Positions 26,526 to 32,000 of a DNA stretch of 32,000 nucleotides are shown here, one piece after another (position 1 is the first letter of the stretch; each line of letters starts with the position of its first letter). The translations under genes were made by a program, and so were the position numbers. The stretch comes from Isorropodon fossajaponicum endosymbiont JTNG4 (GTDB lineage Bacteria; Pseudomonadota; Gammaproteobacteria; PS1; Pseudothioglobaceae). The notes under the pieces were generated by a model. It was not told where the DNA came from, did no database searches, and saw only the letters and a program-made list of their open reading frames with translations. The stretch is taken from assembly GCF_016592615.1 (NCBI RefSeq), contig NZ_AP013043.1, positions 960,001 to 992,000 of the forward strand, written 5' to 3'.

Positions 26526-27265
26526 TGTTTATACTCCATAATTATTTTTTTAACCCAACTAGAGTTTTGCTCTGTCACCAACACCTCATCTCTAGCCCTC
26601 ATCAACATAAGCGCACCATATAAAAACTTAAATGCCATACCCATTAATAATAGTGCGATCAACATATCAGCATCTTGAATGGTCACTTTACTAACACTGA
26701 CTGACGCTCCTTGGTGTAATGTATTCCACCACTTAACCGAATAATGAATAATAGGCAAATTAACCAAGCCCACAATAGCCAACACTGAAGAGGCCTTAGA
26801 TGCGGTTTTAGGGTTGTCAAATGCATTGTTAAGTGACATATAAGCCAAATACAAAAACAGCAAAATTAACTCTGAAGTTAAACGCGCGTCCCACACCCAC
26901 CAAGTGCCCCACATCGGCTTGCCCCAAACTGCGCCAGTAACCAAAGCTAAAAAAGTAAACGCCGCCCCAATGGGTGCTGACACCTTGGCAACCACATATG
27001 CTAATTTAATTTGCCAAATCAGACCAATACCGCCCGAAATCGCCAATACCAAATAAATAAACGTACTCATCCATGCAGCAGGCACATGAATAAACATAAT
27101 GCGATAACTCTCACCTTGCTGGTAATCAATGGGTGCCACAATCAATCCCCAGTACAAACCAACCAGAGCTAAAACAATAAAAGGAAATAAAAACCAAGGG
27201 ATGATTTTTTGACTAATTTGATAGAAGTTTTTAGGCGAAGCAAACGCTTGAATCCATTTCCACAT
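26522..27265 (-). CDS. ccmC: heme exporter protein CcmC
   Basis: IMFIHVPAAW..., and the Trp-rich motif WGKPMWGTWWVWDARLTSE. Confidence 0.93.
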   Translation of the reverse strand: MWKWIQAFASPKNFYQISQKIIPWFLFPFIVLALVGLYWGLIVAPIDYQQGESYRIMFIHVPAAWMSTFIYLVLAISGGIGLIWQIKLAYVVAKVSAPIGAAFTFLALVTGAVWGKPMWGTWWVWDARLTSELILLFLYLAYMSLNNAFDNPKTASKASSVLAIVGLVNLPIIHYSVKWWNTLHQGASVSVSKVTIQDADMLIALLLMGMAFKFLYGALMLMRARDEVLVTEQNSSWVKKIIMEYKQ

Positions 27266-27303
27266 AAACCAATCCTGTTAGTTATTTAAACTTATAAAAC
27301 ACA

Positions 27304-27963
27304 TTATTTTAGCGACTTATGTGCAACATTATTACGTAAATAAGTTGGCAATGCTAACTTATTGCTAAAATTGATGTTTTTGTTAACATAGATTAAGTAA
27401 AGCGCTATAAGGTTTTCAGCCTTTGGATAAAAATCGGCAATATAAGTGTTAATACCTGTTTGTTGAATAAGTTCATTTTCATAAGCACCCCATCCACTGC
27501 CCACACCAATAAAATCTTTTCCAAGTGTATCCACCTCATTAGGCTTTTGTAAGCTTTCTTTAGATAGGGCTTGATTTTGATAAATACCCCAATATATCTC
27601 GCTCATACGCGCGTCAAGTGCAATCGCAATCTTGTTAGTATTGTATTTTTTAAACGCACCAAATCCAAGCAACTCAAGTGTTGAAAACCCCATTGTCGGA
27701 ATATTATGTGCCAATGATATACCCTGAACCACACTAACGCACATCCTTACTCCTGTAAAAGCACCAGGGCCTTTGGTGTAAATAATACCATCCAAGGCAG
27801 ATGGTGATAATTGACCCAACTCAAAAATCTCATCACAAAGTGATAATATTAAACCTGAACTTTTCTCCACACCTTGAACCAAACGAGAAAATGTTTCACC
27901 TTGAGTATGTAGACTCACTGAGCACGTATTAGTACACGTATCAATTGCTAATAAATTCATCAT
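27304..27963 (-). CDS. tsaB: tRNA threonylcarbamoyladenosine biosynthesis protein TsaB (YeaZ)
   Basis: LLAIDTCTNTCSVSL...GPGAFTGVRMCVSVVQGISLA. Confidence 0.85.
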   Translation of the reverse strand: MMNLLAIDTCTNTCSVSLHTQGETFSRLVQGVEKSSGLILSLCDEIFELGQLSPSALDGIIYTKGPGAFTGVRMCVSVVQGISLAHNIPTMGFSTLELLGFGAFKKYNTNKIAIALDARMSEIYWGIYQNQALSKESLQKPNEVDTLGKDFIGVGSGWGAYENELIQQTGINTYIADFYPKAENLIALYLIYVNKNINFSNKLALPTYLRNNVAHKSLK

Positions 27964-27967
27964 TTTG

Positions 27968-28624
27968 CTATTTTACAATTTTCTCAAACTTATGATAGAT
28001 AGATAAAACCAATTGCTTGCGTTTAAGCAGCCTTAACGAATGCCTAACTGGATGGTAGTAATCAGGGCCTTTAACCAAAGCCACAAGCATGACCATTTCT
28101 TCTAATGATAACAATACTAGATCTTTATTAAAATAAAACCGAGCAGCATTGGTAAAACTATGAATACTTATATTGCCTTTTTGACCTAAATACACAGTAT
28201 TTATATAACGATTGAGTATGAATTTTTTATCAAACGAATGTTCCAATAATAATGCCATCAATGCTTCTTTGACTTTTCGCCCCAAACTTCGCTCTCTATT
28301 TAGTAAGGTATTTTTGATTAACTGCATCGTTATGGTACTCGCCCCGCGAAGCGGCTTGTCATAAAATATATAATCACGAACAACCCTGCTAATTTCTTTA
28401 AAATCTACACCAGAATGTTCAAAAAATGATTGGTCTTCCATCAGTAAAAGCATATTAATCATCACTTTCAGCTGCTGCTCAAAACTCAAAGTATCTGTGC
28501 TTACCTTGTCAGAAAACGCATCATCAAGTAACTGGCTTAAATGACTTAAATACACAGCAAAAATTACCGTACTTAGCAAAATTAAAATGATGAAAAATTT
28601 AGCAATGGTTAGTTGTTTAAACAA
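27968..28624 (-). CDS. mtgA: monofunctional peptidoglycan glycosyltransferase (GT51 domain only)
   Basis: N-terminal TM anchor, then EDQSFFEHSGVDF, GASTITMQLIKN, RKVKEALMALLLE...K..IL..YIN.VYLG. The ORF starts with TTG and has no in-frame ATG near the N-terminus, so the exact start is uncertain. Confidence 0.8.
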   Translation of the reverse strand: MFKQLTIAKFFIILILLSTVIFAVYLSHLSQLLDDAFSDKVSTDTLSFEQQLKVMINMLLLMEDQSFFEHSGVDFKEISRVVRDYIFYDKPLRGASTITMQLIKNTLLNRERSLGRKVKEALMALLLEHSFDKKFILNRYINTVYLGQKGNISIHSFTNAARFYFNKDLVLLSLEEMVMLVALVKGPDYYHPVRHSLRLLKRKQLVLSIYHKFEKIVK

Positions 28625-28712
28625 AATAAAAACACAAGATAATAAATTAACTGAGTTTTAACAAAATCCATCTGTAAAAGATTTTTTCATGCAATATATA
28701 ACGTTAAACGAT

Positions 28713-28740
28713 TGTTAAAAACAAATAACTAGTATAAAAT
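28713..28740 (+). promoter_or_regulatory. candidate sigma70 promoter of the rpsF operon
   Basis: TTGTTA (28713-28718), a 16-nt spacer, TAAAAT (28735-28740), about 65 nt upstream of the rpsF ATG and its AAGGAGA ribosome-binding site. Confidence 0.4.
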
Positions 28741-28805
28741 ATCCCTTCCTTGCTTGAGGGCGCGGTGTTCCAAGCTACTATAATAACCATAAGGAGATAC
28801 AACTC

Positions 28806-29147
28806 ATGAGACATTATGAGATTACACTTATTGTCCACCCTGACCAATCAGCTCAGGTAGGCACAATGATGGACAAGTACAAAGAAATTACCACCACTGG
28901 TGGTGGCAAAATTCACAGAGAGGAAGACTGGGGGCGTAAACATTTAGCCTATCCAATCAAAAAAATTTATAAAGCACATTACTTAATGATGAATATTGAG
29001 TGCGACCAAGAAGTGCTTAATAAACTTAATTATAATTTTCGTTTTAATGATGCTATTCTTAGAAATTTAGTCACTTCTGAAGATAAAGCAATCACCACAC
29101 CTTCAATCATGATGGTTAATAAAGACAAAGAAAAGGGGAAATCATAA
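28806..29147 (+). CDS. rpsF: 30S ribosomal protein S6
   Basis: [15 protein letters not shown]...[25 protein letters not shown], with a short acidic/basic tail. Confidence 0.95.
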   Translation: MRHYEITLIVHPDQSAQVGTMMDKYKEITTTGGGKIHREEDWGRKHLAYPIKKIYKAHYLMMNIECDQEVLNKLNYNFRFNDAILRNLVTSEDKAITTPSIMMVNKDKEKGKS

Positions 29148-29401
29148 TGGCCAAACAAGTAAAAAGAAAACGTAGACCTCAAATTAAAATTAACACTTTT
29201 TGTCGTTTTACGGCAGCAGGCGTTACAAGAATAGATTATAAAGATGTTGATACACTACTTAAAAACATTGATGAAAGTGGGAAAATCACACCATCAAGAA
29301 TGACAGGCACCAGTGCTAAATTTCAACGCCAACTAACAACCGCCATTAAAAGAGCTAGATTTTTAGCCCTTATTCCTTATACTGACAAGCACAAGAAATA
29401 G
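29147..29401 (+). CDS. rpsR: 30S ribosomal protein S18
   Basis: [63 protein letters not shown]. Confidence 0.95.
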   Translation: MAKQVKRKRRPQIKINTFCRFTAAGVTRIDYKDVDTLLKNIDESGKITPSRMTGTSAKFQRQLTTAIKRARFLALIPYTDKHKK

Positions 29402-29410
29402 GAGTCTATC

Positions 29411-29863
29411 ATGCAAGTAATTTTATTAGAAAAAATCCAAAAATTAGGCAACTTAGGCAATTTAGCCAATGTTAAAGCGGGCTATGCTCGTAACTTTTTA
29501 ATTCCTCAAGGTAAAGTTAAGCCTGCAACTAAAACAAACTTGGCTGAATTTGAATTGATTAAAGCCGGGCTACAAGCTAGCGAAGCTGAAACACTTAAAA
29601 ATGCACAAGCGATTGAGGCTAAGATGACAGGTACTGTTTGTACCATTCAAGTTCATGCAGATGAAGAGGGCAAATTGTTTGGCTCTATCAATACCACTAA
29701 CATTCAAACAAGCCTGGCAACAAGCGGTTTTGAAGTTGAAAGACGCAATATCAACATGCCTGAGGCAATTCGCCATACAGGTGAGTATGAAATTAGTGTT
29801 GATTTGCATACAGATATTACAGTGAGTATTAAAGTTGTTATTGAGGCCTCTCAAAAAGCGTAA
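29411..29863 (+). CDS. rplI: 50S ribosomal protein L9
   Basis: MQVILLEKIQKLGNLGNLANVKAGYARNFLIPQGK. Confidence 0.95.
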   Translation: MQVILLEKIQKLGNLGNLANVKAGYARNFLIPQGKVKPATKTNLAEFELIKAGLQASEAETLKNAQAIEAKMTGTVCTIQVHADEEGKLFGSINTTNIQTSLATSGFEVERRNINMPEAIRHTGEYEISVDLHTDITVSIKVVIEASQKA

Positions 29864-29905
29864 AAAGCCAACTCATTGTTCATTGTGCGTTAAAATTAAA
29901 ATCCA

Positions 29906-31351
29906 ATGGATATCAAAAACGCCAAAATACCACCCAATTCAATCGAATCAGAGCAATCTGTTTTAGGTGGCTTATTGCTACACAATGAAGCATGGGATCG
30001 TGTTGCAGATATTTTAACCGAGGCAGATTTTTACAACGCCTCGCATAGAATTATTTTTAATGCCATTAGTACCCTATTGCAACACGACCAACCTGCTGAC
30101 ATTCTTACGGTTAAAGAGCAAGTTAAAAAAACAGGCTCTGAAGAAACCATTGGTGGCTTTGTTTATTTAGCCCAAATTGCTGAAAACACCCCCAGTATTT
30201 CTAACATTGAAGCCTATGCTAAACACGTACGTGAATTATCAGTTTATCGTCAACTGATTGTTGTTAGTCACGAAATTGCTGACACCGCCTATCACCCAAA
30301 AGAAATGGAGGTTCAGGAGCTTATTGATCTTTCTGAGAAAAAAATATTTGAAATTGCCGAACAGGTGACTCGTGGAAAACAAGACATTACCAATGTAAAA
30401 GACATTATTAAAGATGTTGTCAATCGCGTACACGAAATGCAAGAATCTAGTGGTATAAGTGGTTTAGAAACTGGCTTTAGCGAATTAGACAAATTAACTT
30501 CTGGCTTGCAAAATGGTGATTTAATTATCATCGCCGGACGCCCTTCTATGGGCAAAACTGCTCTTTCAATGAACATTATTGAGCACGTTGCTATTACTGC
30601 TAAAGAGCCTAAACCAGTTGCAGTATTTAGTTTAGAGATGCCAACCGAACAGTTAGTAATGCGTATGATTTCATCATTTGGCCACATTGAAGGCTCAAAA
30701 CTACGCAACACCATGACTGAAACTGACTGGAACAGCTTTAATCATGCCGTATTAGCTTTGGAAAAATCCACTGTTCTTATTGATGAAACCCCTTCCATTA
30801 CACCAACAGAAATTCGCGCAAAATGTCGGCGGCTAAAACGCCAATATCCTGACTTGGCACTAATTATGGTAGATTACTTACAACTGATGACCGTACATGG
30901 AAAAAGTGAAAATAGGGTGCAAGAAATCTCTGAAATTTCCCGTTCACTCAAAGCTTTGGCCAAAGAAATTAACGTACCTGTGCTTGCTTTGTCACAACTT
31001 AATCGTGCTGTTGAATCACGCCCTAAAGCTGGTAAAGGTCGTATGCCACAAATGTCTGATTTACGCGAATCAGGCTCAATTGAGCAAGATGCTGATATTA
31101 TTGGTTTTATCTATCGCGACCAACAATATCATGATGACACCTATTCAAACCCAGAAGAGGTTGGCAAGGCAGATTTAAAAATTGTCAAACATAGAAACGG
31201 TGCTACCGGGCTAATTAAACTAGCTTTTATTGGCGAATATGCACGATTTGAAGATTTAGCTAACGAGGACCAATTTCACGACATGGTTGATGAGCAAATA
31301 GACACAGCTTATGCTCATAATATGGCTGATTTTGACCAAGAGCCTTTTTAA
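29906..31351 (+). CDS. dnaB: replicative DNA helicase DnaB
   Basis: PPNSIESEQSVLGGLLL; Walker A GRPSMGKTA; LIMVDYLQLM; SLKALAKEINVPVLALSQLNR; DLRESGSIEQDAD. Confidence 0.95.
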   Translation: MDIKNAKIPPNSIESEQSVLGGLLLHNEAWDRVADILTEADFYNASHRIIFNAISTLLQHDQPADILTVKEQVKKTGSEETIGGFVYLAQIAENTPSISNIEAYAKHVRELSVYRQLIVVSHEIADTAYHPKEMEVQELIDLSEKKIFEIAEQVTRGKQDITNVKDIIKDVVNRVHEMQESSGISGLETGFSELDKLTSGLQNGDLIIIAGRPSMGKTALSMNIIEHVAITAKEPKPVAVFSLEMPTEQLVMRMISSFGHIEGSKLRNTMTETDWNSFNHAVLALEKSTVLIDETPSITPTEIRAKCRRLKRQYPDLALIMVDYLQLMTVHGKSENRVQEISEISRSLKALAKEINVPVLALSQLNRAVESRPKAGKGRMPQMSDLRESGSIEQDADIIGFIYRDQQYHDDTYSNPEEVGKADLKIVKHRNGATGLIKLAFIGEYARFEDLANEDQFHDMVDEQIDTAYAHNMADFDQEPF

Positions 31352-31365
31352 TAAAGACCTTACCT

Positions 31366-32000
31366 ATGCACGCCATTGCCTCAATTTCGCAATCAGCATT
31401 AAAACACAATCTCTCAATTGTAAAAAAAAATTCGCCTAATGCTAGAATAGTTTCTATGGTGAAATCCAATGCTTATGGTCACCATATTGATTTAATTAAC
31501 CCAATTATTAATCAGTCTGATTTGTTAGGTGTTAGTGAAATCTTGGAAGCAGAAAAATTACGAAAAACAACAAGTAAGCCAATTTTACTTCTATCAGGCG
31601 TCATTAAAGACCAAGAACTACAACAAGCCATTAAACTAAATTGCCAAATTATGGTACACGACAAAACTCAACTGCCCGTTATTAGCAACACCAAACAAGC
31701 TATCAATATTTGGATAAAAATTAACACAGGCATGAATCGACTAGGCTTATCAACTAGTGAATACTTTGATTGTATAAAGTTACTAGAAAACAACCCACTG
31801 GTTAACATCCAATGTGTCATGAGTCATTTCGCTTGTGCTGATGAAATTAACCACCCAATGAATCAATTCCAACTCTTTGAGTTTAAAAAATCAACACGCC
31901 CTACTATCAAGCGTTCAATGGCAAATTCTGCTGCAATTTTGTCAAATCCAGCCTCACACTTTGATTATGTTCGCCCTGGCATTATGTTGTATGGTGTTTC
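31366..32000 (+). CDS. alr: alanine racemase (5' part; continues past the window end)
   Basis: My own translation from ATG 31366: MHAIASISQSALKHNLSIV...VKSNAYGH (PLP lysine)...INTGMNRLG...SHFACADE...ANSAAIL...VRPGIMLYGV. It is not in the ORF track because it has no stop inside the window. dnaB-alr adjacency is conserved in enterobacteria. Confidence 0.88.
   Translation, partial: MHAIASISQSALKHNLSIVKKNSPNARIVSMVKSNAYGHHIDLINPIINQSDLLGVSEILEAEKLRKTTSKPILLLSGVIKDQELQQAIKLNCQIMVHDKTQLPVISNTKQAINIWIKINTGMNRLGLSTSEYFDCIKLLENNPLVNIQCVMSHFACADEINHPMNQFQLFEFKKSTRPTIKRSMANSAAILSNPASHFDYVRPGIMLYGV

Noticed and set aside
28741-28805. Possible S6:S18 autoregulatory leader structure upstream of rpsF (CCCT...AGGG around 28743-28760)
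   Set aside because: I could only draw a 4-bp stem by eye. A covariance-model search would be needed, so I cannot support it.
29145-29149. rpsF stop overlaps rpsR start (ATAATG), with no priB between them
   Set aside because: The rpsF-priB-rpsR arrangement is restricted to some beta/gamma lineages. Absence of priB is common and not remarkable by itself.
31244-31351. About 30-residue acidic C-terminal tail on DnaB (NEDQFHDMVDEQIDTAYAHNMADFDQEPF)
   Set aside because: DnaB C-terminal tails vary in length (E. coli also ends in a short acidic tail). There is no repeat, intein or extra-domain signature.

Overview
AT-rich gammaproteobacterial chromosome segment. The lineage call rests on conserved neighbourhoods: uppS-cdsA-dxr, hupB-tRNA(Val)-tRNA(Asp)-ppiD, rpsF-rpsR-rplI-dnaB-alr and ccmCDE-G. 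A reduced-genome sulfur-oxidiser or symbiont-like lineage is my guess only. About 80% of the window is intact housekeeping. Three patches are decaying accessory DNA. (i) 81-4611: remnants of a periplasmic nitrate reductase operon. napH has a frameshift and an in-frame TAG. napA has three frameshifts and a 3' truncation. The operon is cut off by two IS3-family elements that are themselves dead and abut tail-to-tail, followed by a HExxH peptidase-like remnant. (ii) 10006-11134: a LysM/M23 peptidase gene with four frameshifts, sitting directly after dxr. (iii) 13873-16844: a ~3 kb patchwork island between an FKBP isomerase gene and recJ. It holds a multiply broken GHKL-ATPase/histidine-kinase-like gene, an unrecognisable reading frame with one in-frame stop, and an orphan single-TRD hsdS remnant. 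I did not find an intact novel multi-gene system. Island (iii) looks like the wreck of a type I R-M-linked defence locus and is the best lead. No CRISPR array, rRNA or long repeat family is visible. All homology statements come from my reading of motifs in the translations. No database search was run.
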